Origin: Lepidodermella squamata
Lineage: Eukaryota; Animalia; Gastrotricha
Reading direction: 5' to 3'
DNA length: 64,000 nucleotides
Assembly (NCBI GenBank): GCA_047495785.1
Contig: JBLDXI010000073.1
Coordinates: 186,001 to 250,000, forward strand
The notes under the pieces are model-generated. The model was not told the origin of the DNA. It ran no database searches and worked only from the letters and a program-made list of their open reading frames with translations. Positions 50,138-62,853 of the stretch are shown here, piece by piece; the stretch's first letter is position 1; each line of letters opens with the position of its first letter. A program made the translations under genes and the position numbers.

Positions 50138-51701
50138 TCACTCGGTACCAACAGCTGCCAGAGGAATTTGCTCAGCTGCAGCTACTTCAGCAACCGCAGT
50201 TCCCCTTGCATCATGCTCGAGTCTGCTGTTGAGAACTCTGAAGTAGGGCCTGAATGTGAGGGCTAACGTAATGGCACCAGCCAACAAAGTACCCCCGGCG
50301 AATAGGCAACTGTACAGTGGTGAAATGTTGTTCAACATAGCTGAATAAATTTGGTTTAAATCGATGTGATATAAAACTGAAAAATGCTTACTAGACACGT
50401 AGAAGCCGATCCAAGCAAATATGCCATCGCTGACCAATTGCCAGCCGAACGAGGAATTCTTGATTTCGTTAGCTTCTTGCTCGTTCATAATTCCATCAGT
50501 TGGGTAGAAAAGATCGCCTAGATATGTGCTACGAATCGCCATGATTGGCGCAGAGATAAAGCCAAATAAAACAATGAAAAGGATGAAGGCAATGTCCCCG
50601 CTTGACATGTAGAGTGGGGAAAATGAAATATCGGCAGCAGATAGGATTTGCGACATGACGTAGATAGAATAGGAGGAAAAGAAAACTTTGCTATGCTTCG
50701 CCCATTTTGGCAACGAGCCAAGGCTCAAACGGCCGATGATATTTGATATTCCCCAGTAGAAAATGAGGTTTCTCTCTGTCGTGTCGCTGATGCCCATTTT
50801 AGGGTCTTTGGCCATCGTGTTGACAAGAACCGTTGCGACTGGATAGCCCAGAACTGCGAATGACGTTGAGACGAGGAAAGCGTAGAACGCCTTGTTTCTG
50901 CAGCTCCAAATTCTTCTGGTAAACTGGCCAGCTAATTTGTCTCTAAACCGTTGCAGTGCGGTCCGAGGGCGTTGCCCGGCTGGCAGAGGGTCCTCTGGCA
51001 ACGGGTAGAACGTGAAGCTCAACGGGATGGTTACAGCGGCCATGATTGCGTAGAACATCATAACGCCTCGCCAACCGAAAGGCGTTGCCATAAGGAAGTA
51101 TTTGAACAGGAAACCGTACAGCAAAGCCCCGGCGGGAGATCCAGAAGTAGCGATTGAAGTAGTGATAGCCCTATGGATTCCTGCATCGCTCCCGTATTGA
51201 TCCGGTGCGCCAACGATCGAAGGACCAAACATCAGAGCACCGCCGATGCCTGAATTTAGGAATAAAGGAAAATGTTGGTTTTTTGAGATTTTCTGACCTG
51301 GTAGAATGCCGACGAATATTACATCAAGGTAGAATCCCCATTAGATCCATTGTCCGAGAAAGACAAGGGTAAAAACCTAGGACATGAAGCGAGGTTCCCA
51401 GAATGGAGACAGTTCTCAAGCCGAAAGCAGCGAGTACAGCCATCCCGATCGGAGCTAGATATCAATGCTTAAAACATGGATGGAAACAATTGTTAACCCT
51501 ACCAAAAAGTAGGTAACACGTTGCATAGAGGCCACCGATGAGCGAGATAGATTCGGTTGGAATATCAGGGTATTCCTTTTCTATTTCGAGCTTCAGCAAT
51601 CCGAAAGCATAGAAATGCCCGTCTACGACGATGCTCATGTAACAGGCTACGAATATGCCGAGAAATTGCTGAGCTCGCCTTGCATTACATTGAGTGGGCA
51701 T
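50138..51701 (-). pseudogene. SLC16/monocarboxylate-transporter-like MFS gene, probably inactivated
   Basis: DGHFYAFGLL, FGWRG and NIIGRL..G MFS motifs over 4 exons. Exon 2 (~51298-51454) needs a frameshift and contains TAA in the homologous frame. Confidence 0.7.
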
Positions 51702-52692
51702 TTTGCTGTTCGCAGTTTTTGTTGGCTATAATACTTATACGCAGAAACGGGAGAATGAGCGGTAGCTGCGATGGTCTATAATCCGATATTCAATTGCGTG
51801 ATTCATCTGATGTTTTGCGTGTTTAATCATGGCGGCAGGTGGATTAATGCCGCTTGCCATGCTGCAACACGTTTTCCAAATGCGGCAAGTTTGTATACAG
51901 CCGACAATAGTTCTATTTTTAGCACGCGGGAATCTTCGTTGACTTTTTTCCAAGTCGCCTGAATAGAGCTTCTGGGTCAAGATATTGCTATTGATTCCCA
52001 GAGCTTTGAAAAAATGCGATTATTGTCGAAGATGGCGGGGGGACGGAAGGGGTGGGGTGGGGGGATTGTCCCTGCTTCGAGCCCGACGGGCTCGAAGCCT
52101 AACCACAGGGGGGACCCTTACGATTTTTTCCCTGGCCCCTACGGAAACTTGAGTGATGTAAGGGGGAGCCTTACCTATATCCCCCTTTCGGCAAAATGTC
52201 CATCTTCTACACTCTACACTGTTATTCAGCCTACATCAATGCCTCTATGCAGTAATATTAAACACTAAACTGTAAGATGAATCATCTTATTCATGACTAA
52301 AAAAGAATTTCTCGTGGTCCCTTGGACATTATGATTGGGCGTTGGGACGTACGTCCCACAAAGTTCAATGAGAATTCAGCATCTATGCTCCAGGATTGAC
52401 CAGGTTTAAGAAATTTTTTCAATTCTTCAAAACAATAATTTTTTACAGCTGGTGAGGACATAGCCGGATTTGCGCAAAATCAACTTGTGCTATTTTTACT
52501 CGTACAAAGGCAAAATTGCGAAAATCTTACTTGATCAAAGTACAACTTGTGCAAACATTATTTGCGCTGGGCTATTTGTTATTTAATACCAGATGGCCAT
52601 CTATTGCAGTGACTAATTTATTGACATTAACCACGAAAAGGCGAATCGCAAAACAATATAGAAAAAATTGAACTAAAATCGCATTTCATTCT

Positions 52693-53967
52693 TCATTTGA
52701 GGACGAATCTTCATATTCGCTCTCGCTTTCCTCGTCATGGCTGTCATCGTCCTCTTCGTCAGCGCTGAAAGTAGGACATTTGACCTGCCAGGTACGCATG
52801 TAACTAAGCAAAAAAAATTGCGCTCGCTCGCGATCCCTTCCACTCATGATTTGGCTGATATATTTCTGCGTATTATGCCAATCTCTCTTCGGTATTACAA
52901 GGCGAGCGTAGCGAGCTTTAGCTGACGCTATTTTTGTCTTACAGTTTGAGCTCAGTTAGCAAAAAATGCTTCAAATGTTAGCTGACCTGGATCGAATTTC
53001 GGGTTTTCGAATGGTACACGCTAATTGCAGGAGGCTCTTATGGTATTGTAGCTTATGGAATCACTCAAATCACTGTAAAACTTACTATGATTTCTAATAT
53101 GCATTATCGATTATCGAAAAAGTTTACGTGCTGGGCTAAGACAACCAGATTTTGCGACGATCGAATACAGTTTAATATAAGAATTATGATTGTATGCGAG
53201 CGAAGCGAGAAATTTTTGAGAATTCATCCGTCCAAGTGAAGATTTTCGCTTGAAAAAGTCACTGAAACCGTTAAAAAGGGATTCTCTCATCAAGAAACCC
53301 CTAACCCGCCAGGGATTTCAGCGTACCTGGCAGGTACAAATGGAGCCCAAACCTGCCAGGTACGCGTACCTGGCGCTATACTAGGCGTCCCTTGCGTACC
53401 TGGCACTACTTTCAGCGCTGCTCTTCGTCGTAGACAATTGCTTGCGCCTCCTCACCAGGTGATAAGTCGGAAGCCGGCAGCATCTCGCGAATTTCGCCCA
53501 AGGCTGAAACTGGAGTTGAGGCTGAAATTGGACCTCAGGCTGATGTGGATAACCGGGCTTAAAATTCATATTTCGCATCAACTCAAAATTCGGGGTCGGA
53601 GCAAAATGAAGCTGATTCTGAGCGCTAATCGGCGCATAAGAATGACCCTGTTGTTGCTGTTGCATGTAAAAAACTCGAGGCTGCTGCAGTTGCGTGAAAG
53701 AAGGTGTTTTAGGCCGCGCCGGTTGACTGACCTGCATGACTTGTTGAGCCGTAGGAGGCGGAGGAAGAAATGGGTCCTCTTCGGGCGGGGGCGCCGGTGC
53801 GGGAACCTTCAAAATCGTTGATCTTTTCTGTGGCAATTTCACAGCCTACGACGCGCCTTGCTTCGGCTCAGGCAGCGACTTTGGAGTAGTTTGCGGAAGC
53901 TGCGTCGGGTTTGATGGCACTGCTGGCATTGCGGCCGGTACTTTTGGGGGCCTACCATTGATTTGCC
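52693..53967 (-). pseudogene. Pro/Gln-rich exon with acidic C-terminus, disrupted
   Basis: In-frame TAG near 53845 and a frameshift near 53500. The hAT insertion splits the tail VYDEE|DDDSHDEESESEYEDSSSNEE*. Confidence 0.55.
52760..53420. mobile_element. 661-bp non-autonomous hAT element
   Basis: 15-bp TIR cagcgctgaaagtag, 8-bp TSD CTCTTCGT, subterminal cctgccaggtac repeats. Confidence 0.92.
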
Positions 53968-53990
53968 TACAATTGATTTCAATTATTCTA

Positions 53991-54713
53991 CACTAGAAAA
54001 AAATAACCCCTGATAAGGGGTCTGACCAGGGGTCATAGCTCCTAGTCATTAGTATAGCTGATCAGGGGGTAATATGCACCCTGATCAGGGGTTATATTGA
54101 AATGAACCCTAATCAGCTCACCCTGATGAGGGGTCATTTTGCTTCCAATATTTGCTGATAATAATCACCTTTAGCGCCCCTAATCAGCTGCTGATCAGCA
54201 AATTTAGTAAAATTTCAAAATTTTTAGAAAAATGGCAGCCCTTTTCATTTTTATTTTTATATTATTTTTTTGAATAGCCGGTTGATCAAGATCCGCCCAC
54301 CCTGGTGCCATCCATGCCATCGGTGGTATGGTATGCCACCGGACGCGGCAACTACCTAAACATGGCAGGGTCTCATGATGGCACTTGGTAGAGCCACTTG
54401 TTAGGGAGAGAAGGACTTATTGCTAATAGGTGAAGTAATAGAGTTCGCGTGTGAAACAATACTATTTTTTGAAAATATGGACCTTCCGACGCAAGCCTGA
54501 ATTGAACATGCAGCCTAATTTGCATATGCACGCTTGGTTAATTAGCGAATGCACACTTATGACCCCTGATCAGCCAAGTCATGCTGATCAGCCTGAAATG
54601 ACATGGATTATCAGCTTGCGACTGTTGATTATCAGGGGTTGTCCCTTTTTCGTCCTGATCAGCAAAATGGTTTAAACAGCTGACCCCTGATCAGGGGTTA
54701 ATTTTTTCCAGTG
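53991..54713. mobile_element. CACTA/EnSpm-like non-autonomous element
   Basis: ta|cactagaaaaaaataacccctgat ... atcaggggttaattttttccagtg|ta, with many subterminal cctgatcagg repeats. Confidence 0.8.
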
Positions 54714-56732
54714 TAATTGACGGCACGATAAAAGGCAAAAAGTCCCTTCTTCATGTTACTTTAAGTTAATTGCTGCTTTTTTTATGAGCACCTGTAGGCT
54801 GTTGTTCAAGGCGGAACAACATACTTCAACATTTGGATATGGATGGGACAATCGCCTTTTCCCGCATGATGGCAAATAAACAAGCCTCCTGGTTCCTTCT
54901 GCCGCTCTGCCAACGATACGTATTTACAATCGTCAATAAAGGCGTATCATTGAGCCTCTTTATTCAGAGCTTTTTAGTTTTGTAAACTGTTCTCACGACT
55001 CTCGAATATGTTAGCCACATTATGTCGAATGTGAGCGACTTTCAGGAGGTACCGTAAGGGTCGAAATCGAACTGTTACCGAATTGCGGGATCTTTGCCAC
55101 CCGATCATCGGAACTTGAAAAAACTTGCTAAAAGCTCATTGCTAAAAGACTTGACTATTTTTGACTATCGAGGTTAATTAACAATGATTAACAATGATGA
55201 TGATAATGTTACATGTCGCTTATTCATCTTATCTTTTAGCATGGTATGTCAGCATGCTAAAAAGAGCGGGCTATGTTAACTGGAGACCTTATCCTTATCT
55301 GCTTTTGTCGTCCTATTGGCAAACCTGTGAACTTATCTGCCACATGAGACGTACCAGGACGCCGGAGCATGAATCCTCCTTAACAAAAATCTCTGCGTCA
55401 CGTGCCGGAATACGGCAGAAAAATCACGTGAATCCGGACTAAATTAATTAATTTTGTGGCAAATTTATAATTATTCATTTCAATTATTTGCCATTTAAAA
55501 ATATTTTTACACGTGAAACTGTTTTATTCAAATTACAAGAAACCGCGCGAGAAAATCGTCGTTTTCTCAAGATCGAGATCTTTAGGTCGCTGCAATAAGC
55601 TGATCTTTGCGTAAACACGTGCCTTTTATGAATAAGATTTTTGCTGGTCGCAAATGGGAACAAGCGATTGCTGCTAATGCGACCAATGAGGTTTTTTTAT
55701 AACCACGATGACCTTTGGACCTCATTAAAAAATAACACAAAAATCAAGCGTTCTTAACGAGCCCCGGCGTTTCAGTTATTCTTACAGTTTCAGTTATTCT
55801 TAAATTGTTTCAAGCTTGAGCGAAGAGACACAGAGGATGCCTCGAACTTCTCGCGATAAAATCGTTTTTCGGCAAGGATATACTTGAGCCGGCATAAAAT
55901 AGGTGATATAATATCAGATTTGTCTTTAATTTGTGTTGCTTGACGTCCCAAAAGCAGTGGTTGCAGCCCGCAGGGATGGAAAATGAGTCAGAAAATGGCC
56001 CACTACGGAAAAAGGTTGAGAAGCACTGCCCTCATGGAGTTTCGTTGGTAGTCAAAGTCCGCACCAGCCTTGCATAGAACGGCGAATAACAGGACTTTTC
56101 GCCAGCCTCCTTTACTGGAATACATAATAAATCCATACACCACAGGCAAACAAGAGAACAGCTCCAGTGGCAAGTAGGGAAATTGAAACGACAATGCGAA
56201 CCAGGTTACGTCACATGGCCTAGTGATTCCCTCTGCTAACGAGTATTCACAAATCGTCAATAAAGGCGTATGAGTGAGCCTCTTTATTCATGATTTAGGA
56301 ATCATGAAAAATGAATTTGTGTCTTCAATCAAGTCGACATCAATTTATTAGTTTTTTCTAAGTTTGCACGTGCAAATTATTTAATTATTTCAATATTCTC
56401 AATCAAACAGTCATACCAAACTTTTTCCAGATAATTTCATATTTAGAAGAATTTTGGCAATTCTGGACGTTCAAGGTTGAACAATTAGCCCTTCAGATGA
56501 GAGGAGCGCCTTGCTCCTTTTTTCCAAGCGAACTTGGATGATTAATGATAACTATGATGATGCAACTGCACTTATCGCATGATTCATAATTGTTTGCAGT
56601 TGTTCGCACTAAGCTTAGCAAGCTTATCTTTTTCTGCGTCATGCCTTTTGTTTATAAGTCAAAAGGAACCTGGGAAGCGCATACGCTAAGCAATCATTTT
56701 TTTATTTCTTTGCGTCGAAAATCAGGAATTTT

Positions 56733-57130
56733 TTGAACGGTGTGAAAATTGCGAAGAGTGTTACAGATATTGCAGTAGCTGTGGATATCGCAAGACCTCC
56801 AGTTGGTCATTTTATGCGTATGGCTGATTGGAATAACCTCATGTGTGAAGAGGATTTTCCAGGGTTCAAAGTGACGATGGTTTTCAAGGAAGAATGTTAT
56901 AATGGCAAAAATGAGACAACGGTTGACAATCAGTATTCCTCATTCGATGTAGACTTCGATATATTATTTCCTGTGGAACCGTTCGGCTTTCTTCTTATGG
57001 ATGGTGAAAACGGGAAAGTCGACGTCGCAGTACCGATTCGAGTTAAGGATCGAAAAAGCAATGGTCGTGTTTTCATAGCAGCTGAATCTGGCCATGGAAA
57101 ATCGTTTTTCTCGGAAATTTACATGGCAAT
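56733..57130 (+). pseudogene. NACHT-like NTPase fragment ending just after Walker A
   Basis: FDILFP...RVFIAAESGHGKSFF fits [AG]x4GK[ST] preceded by a hydrophobic strand. No Walker B follows. Confidence 0.5.
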
Positions 57131-57194
57131 AATATCGATACCAATTATATCAATTACAGGATTACGTTTGTTGTCTTGCATTGCCCTTGCTGTA

Positions 57195-57764
57195 ATGGAT
57201 CGCTCAAAAATGGAATCGAATTCAAAAGCTTGGAGAAGAAGATTACCGCGTGTTTCCTTAGCAGTACTTTTGGTAGCAAGCCAAGTTCAGTCTTCAGCTG
57301 CAGTTGTTAAGCAGTGCTACCTGTGCATCCCAAGCGAAACTACATATTGCGGAGATGCGAAAAACTACGAAGTGTTCAACTGCCCTTCAAATTTCGACCA
57401 TGGGTGTATCTTCTTCGACAGTGAACTGTAAGAATTCGATGGCTTTATTTCTTTATTTCTTTAATTTATTAATTTTAGGGAAACCGGTATTCGAGGTTGT
57501 ATCGACGAAAGTGGCTGTATATCAAGTAAATTCGTGCATTGCTGCACGGAAGACCTGTGCAACAACCAAACAGTTACGCCACTAACGACAACAAGGAAGA
57601 TGCCGGATGGTACGAGTCCACGGGAGCCCAATCTGGAAAATCCAAAGCCTTCTGATGATGGGTTGCATGACATTGCTATCGTCGGTTTAGTTGTTGGTGT
57701 GTTAATAGCTGTGTTGTGTGGTGCATGTGTTCATTGCAACAGGAGACCACGAAGACAAAATTGA
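57195..57764 (+). CDS. Ly6/uPAR single-pass membrane protein 3 (closest to protein 1)
   Basis: ASQVQSSAAVVKQCYLCIPSETT...|ETGIRGC...CCTEDLCN, then TM. Confidence 0.85.
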
Positions 57765-58314
57765 GACCGGTTTTTGTGGGAGAACAAGAATGGCAAGAGT
57801 GAGACAACCGATTCATCGAACGGATCAACGTACACAGAGGATAGCAAGGAGAAGGAGCAATTATCCATAAATTCATCTATTATGCATTTGACGATAAGCT
57901 TGCAATCCAAACTGTGAACATTTTGCTTCTATTCTAATCAGTGTGGGAAGTACCGGGGGCAACGAGGGTACCGGTACCCCCCAGTGGGGCCGGATTCCGG
58001 ATTAACGGCCTGCCAGACAAGTGGCAAGTAAGCTTTTACCAAGAACTTCAGAAAAGCTAAGAACCTAGTCGGGACACCCCAGCTCCGGGACTTCAACCAG
58101 TGGAATGCTAAAAAAGTCGCAGGGTGGACCACATAGACAACTCTATACAGATCGGAAACTAGCGATCTTCCTATAGTAAATAAATTCACACCAAAACGTG
58201 AAAAAGTGGGCACGCGACCTTCATTTTTATTCACTCATCGCCCTATCCGCCCATTGTTATTGTTCCGATTTTTAATTATTTTCTAAAATTCCCAGAGGAA
58301 ATTTTTCATTTCCC

Positions 58315-58982
58315 AAAAATTGTAAACAAATTTACCGGAATACTAGAAGCGCTCCTCTATCGAATGAGTCCCGTCTCACGAGACTGTTTTGTTTCTAAAT
58401 TTTTAAAAATTATCTCAAAGTTGGTCACTTTTACGAAAAATCGCCTTTTTAAGAGTCTTTCAGGACGGTACAATTTTTCATTTTAAGCCAAAAAATTCCG
58501 AGAAAAATACTATGATCTTATTCGATTTTTGCTCTATCCAACGATATAAAACTTGACCGAATCAGAATTCTTTTGGAATTTCGCGAAATTTTCAGACTTG
58601 TAATATTGGGATTTTGCGTGATAATGCTTTTCTAAAAATAGCTATTAGGTTTTTTGTAGCTATTTTTAGCCCGCTCAAAGTATTATCAAGCGATTGCAAA
58701 TTTCGCGAAATTCCAAAAGAATTCTGATTCGATGAAGTTTTATATCGTTGGATAGAGCAAAAATCGAATAAGATCATAGTATTTTTCTCGGAATTTTTCG
58801 GCTTAAAGCTTAAAATGAAAAATTGTACCGTCCTGAAAGACTCTTGAAATGGCGTAAAAGTGACCAACTTTGAGATTGAGTGACCACTTTTTAAAAAGTT
58901 AGAAACAAAACCGTCTCGTGAGACGGGACTCATTCGATAGAGGAGCGCTTCTAGTATTCCGGTAAATTTGTTTACAATTTTT
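58315..58982. mobile_element. Foldback element core (~275-bp inverted arms; element probably ~58205..59163)
   Basis: 58315-58590 is the reverse complement of ~58697-58982. Confidence 0.85.
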
Positions 58983-59574
58983 ACAATTATAAGAAAAATA
59001 TGTTTAAACAGCGTGATATATTTGAGCTTTGACGCAGAATTTCGAAATTCTGAGCATCTTTTGCCACCCTGAAAAACGATGAAAATGAAAAACCGCAAGG
59101 TAGAAATAATTTTGATTTTGGCTTCCCCACGCCCCATGGCTTATTAGGTCAGAGTTGTCCACGCGTCTAAACATCAAGGCCCGCTCCGGCTTGTCGTTAA
59201 ATAATTACAAATCCCGCTCGGCTCGGCCCAACAAAAGTATCATCTCCTGTACTATAAGTATAAGTAACATAAGTAAATAAGTAAATATAAGTAACATTGG
59301 GCCGTACGTATATGTGTACAGCCCGATTTCCACAGTACTCAGCAGTACGGTCAGGCGTGCTGTACTGGGCTCTACAGCCTTTTCCAGCTGTACAGCGAGT
59401 ACAGGGTACAGGGCGTCGGCTGTACTTGATGTTACAGTCCGTTTGAACAGTACTGTTGTTTTACAGAGCCATGGACTGTACCATTCAGAACTGCTGAACA
59501 AAAAAAATAGGCAAAGTGCTGGTTCTTCCGCGACAAGAACGCATTGTTACTAATATATTTAATAAGCAAGATAC

Positions 59575-59767
59575 ATAACGTTAGCGACGTTGAATAACTC
59601 GGAATTAAGCTTGTTTACCTCCGTTTCTTGGTGAGAGGTGACAAGTAAAAAGTCTGTTATTTTTGCCTCTTCATTTACGCAAAAAGACGCTTTTTACTTG
59701 TCTACCGCGACCTTGAAACGGATGTAAACAACCCTAAATCCGAGTTATTCAACGACGCTACAGATAT
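59575..59767. mobile_element. MITE of the 3932 family (more diverged)
   Basis: cgttagcgacgttgaataactcgg ... ccgagttattcaacgacgcta. Confidence 0.85.
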
Positions 59768-59787
59768 CATCCCACACGGAGATCTTA

Positions 59788-60034
59788 CACCAGAAAAAAT
59801 ATCACCCTAATTTGGGTGATAAAAAATCGGACTTTTAGCTTGTGAAATCCCCTCAATTAGGGCCCTGTGAGTATCCTAATTCATGGATTTTCAACATTTA
59901 TCTGAATTCATGCCCAAAATCACCCTAATTCATGTGCAAAAATGCAGTTATTTATCCACTGAAAGCATGAATTCAGATACCGAAACTAAATTCATGCTTT
60001 CGGTAGATGAATTAGGGTGATATTTTTTCTGGTG
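59788..60034. mobile_element. CAC-terminated MITE, TA flanks
   Basis: TIR caccagaaaaaatatcaccctaatt. Confidence 0.85.
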
Positions 60035-60036
60035 TA

Positions 60037-60579
60037 GCTCGTTGGCAACGCGGAAAAACAACACTTGTGGAGTACCGTAGGTAGTTTTATTAGAAGCCAG
60101 TACTGGGTATAGAAAACGGCATTTTTTTCTCATACCGTAATTTCGTGCGCCGCTGTACTTGTATTAGTCGAAACGGTTACCCCATCGCGGACTTGAAGCC
60201 TTGATGAAATGCAAAGTTATATTCGTAGTAAACAGCTAGAAAAGCCCGCTTTCTTATTGCTGACAGTGTTGAGAGTTGCGAAGAGTGCGTGAAACATTTT
60301 CCGAACATGTTTGACTATAAAATATTGACGGCCTATCAAAACAGTCGTTTTTTACTCATCAAACGTTACCATCGATGGCGTTTCCAATGGGAGTACGCAG
60401 CCGTGCTGTGAACACCGTCGCTAATGACATACACAGTAACCGTTTCGACTAATACAAGTACAGCGGCGCACGAAATTACGGTATGAGAAAAAAATGCCGT
60501 TTTCTATACCCAGTACTGGCTTCTAATAAAACTACCTACGGTACTCCACAAGTGTTGTTTTTCCGCGTTGCCAACGAGC
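60037..60579. mobile_element. Young MITE with ~145-bp perfect TIRs, TA flanks
   Basis: 60035-60180 is the exact reverse complement of 60436-60581 by eye. Confidence 0.9.
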
Positions 60580-61199
60580 TAGAGTCATCTAAGATTGAGA
60601 AGAGAAGTTCTTGAGAGAAGTTCACATTGAGAACTCAATTTTAGTAATCAAAGGGTGGCACTCAAGAGCAGTAGACTACCCGGCGTTCGCTTGCTGGCGT
60701 TAGCTCCAGATCTAAAGATGAAATTAGAAGTCGAGAAGAGATGCTTTTAGTAGAACGATCTCCTGATCTGTAATGTCGTGCACTGTGGGCATTAGATGCA
60801 TCTGATCCTGCAACTTGAAAAAGACAAAATCTCGCAGTCAGGATGCTATTTGCAAAGATTGGTACTTGGTACTGTGAGAGTTGAACACTCTTACGCAAAT
60901 GAATCGTTTCAAGAAAAGTAAGTAGCTTTTACTGCTTACATGCGGGCCGTTCGCTTATTCTAACGCCTCACTCGTTGCTACCTACCAACCCAACAAACTG
61001 AAAATGGTGCGAGCGGGCGGAAAAACTTGCGCGGTAGTCCTTGAATTTAATTAAATTAAAAATCATTTGCCTGATTTTTTAATTTAATTAAAACTATTTT
61101 TCCTTTATATTAGATTTCGTTCACTCCTAACGAAGAAAATCATTCATTTTTTAGTTGTTTAATAATTGCTGTTGGTAGTAGCATCTGTCTCAACTCACG

Positions 61200-61726
61200 A
61201 TGTCTCAACACATCATGAAGACTGCTCCTAAAGACCTGATTGCGACGCTGGTCGTTGCAATACTATTTCCGTTTCCAGCTTCAAGTGTTAAACAGTGCTA
61301 TAGATGCGTTCCAAGCGAGACTATCCATTGCGGGCATCTGGAAAACTTGGAGGTGTTCGACTGCCTTCCAAATAGCAATTACGCATGTCTTTATTTCGAA
61401 AGTCGACTGTAAGAATGTCATGGTCTACATTTTCTCAATTCGTGATTCCTATCGATTTTAGGCAAGGCGGTATACGCGGTTGCATCGATGAAAAAGGTTG
61501 CATGGCAGGTCGCTTAATTCACTGCTGTGCAGGAGAATTATGCAACAACCAAAGAGTTGTCTCAGTACGGACTACAAGAGATTTAAGGATCAGCACTGGT
61601 CTAGCTGCGCCAATTCCAACCAAGCTCGATGATGGGCTTCCAAGCGGTGCTATAGCCGGCATAGTTGCTGATGGGGTGGTAATGATGGCGGTGGTATCGG
61701 CCGCTGTCGTCTATTTCATCAGATGA
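61200..61726 (+). CDS. Ly6/uPAR membrane protein 4 (closest to protein 2); stop right after the hydrophobic segment
   Basis: KQCYRC...|QGGIRGC...CCAGELCN, ending VVYFIR*. Confidence 0.8.
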
Positions 61727-62529
61727 TCGCGAAGCTTGGATCAGCGAAAAAACCAAAACGGCACACCAGATCGCGATAATGTGGATGATTTGAAACGATC
61801 ACCTTGAAGCTTGAAGCACTTGCTAGCCAGTGAAAGATCTTTCAAATCTATCCGGCATATGATTTGTTCGTCTGTTTTATGAAGTGAATTTAATTCATCT
61901 AATTTGTCTCGTTCTAATCTTTCGCTTAGAAAAATGTAATCACTGAGTTGTAGCATTCTGAGTTGTCGCAATCATGAGACGTAGCTAGGTCTCATGGGCG
62001 CAGTTGATTCGGATTTGTCGCTCCGAAAAATACGCGAACATTATTCTGAGTTCCCGTTTTCGCAAATGACGCGACTAATGCGAGCAAAGTTGTCGGTACA
62101 TGGATCCTATTAATACTGGCTATTAAGATTCGAAAAACGTAGGGCAGAACCGAAATGCAAGGCAGCACACGGACTCCGTTTGAAATAATTCAGGGCAATG
62201 CCTTAAAATTCCTAAAATACGGTAATTATCATTAACTGACGGGTCCCGTGTCAGAACTCGAAACTATGGTAGTACTACAGCTGAAATTTAGTATTGTACA
62301 AAGCTTGCCGGTAAAAATCCCGTTCTGAAAAATACTTCTTGATAGAATAATATACACCTTGGTGAAGCAATAACATATATTATTCAACAAACAACAAGCT
62401 ATAGGGCTGTCCATTGACGTCGAGTAGCGCCGCTTTCTAATTTGTACTTGCACTTGTAACTTTCCACCACCAAACATGTGTAAACAAGGTTGAATTCGAG
62501 TTTTCATCTCAAAAGTCTCAAAGTGTGTC

Positions 62530-62830
62530 CAGGGTGCGATCTTGGATCCCGGAGCTGCCAGGGATGGAAAAAAATGTTTTCCTGCATTTGCCAAAATTAC
62601 TAGTTATTTTGGCGAATGACCGAGCGAAGCGAGAAAATTTTGAAGATTTTCCACTAAAACACGCTCCAGACCCTTTCAAAATTGACGAAATAAGGGGATA
62701 AACTCTCGTTTTGTCGTCTGGCCCAGCTGAGCTGGGGGGGGGGGGGGGGGGGGGGGGTGGGGGGGGATGATCCCCGCCATCAAACAGCCCCCCCCCCCAT
62801 CATCAGACAGTGGGTGAAAGTCGCACACTG
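62530..62830. mobile_element. 301-bp hAT MITE containing a long G-run
   Basis: TIR cagggtgcga / tcgcacactg and an 8-bp TSD AGTGTGTC. Confidence 0.9.
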
Positions 62831-62853
62831 AGTGTGTCAATTCTCAATCATCC

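Noticed and set aside
58592-59137. 181-aa minus-strand ORF
   Set aside because: It lies within AT-rich foldback arms and has no protein-like motifs.
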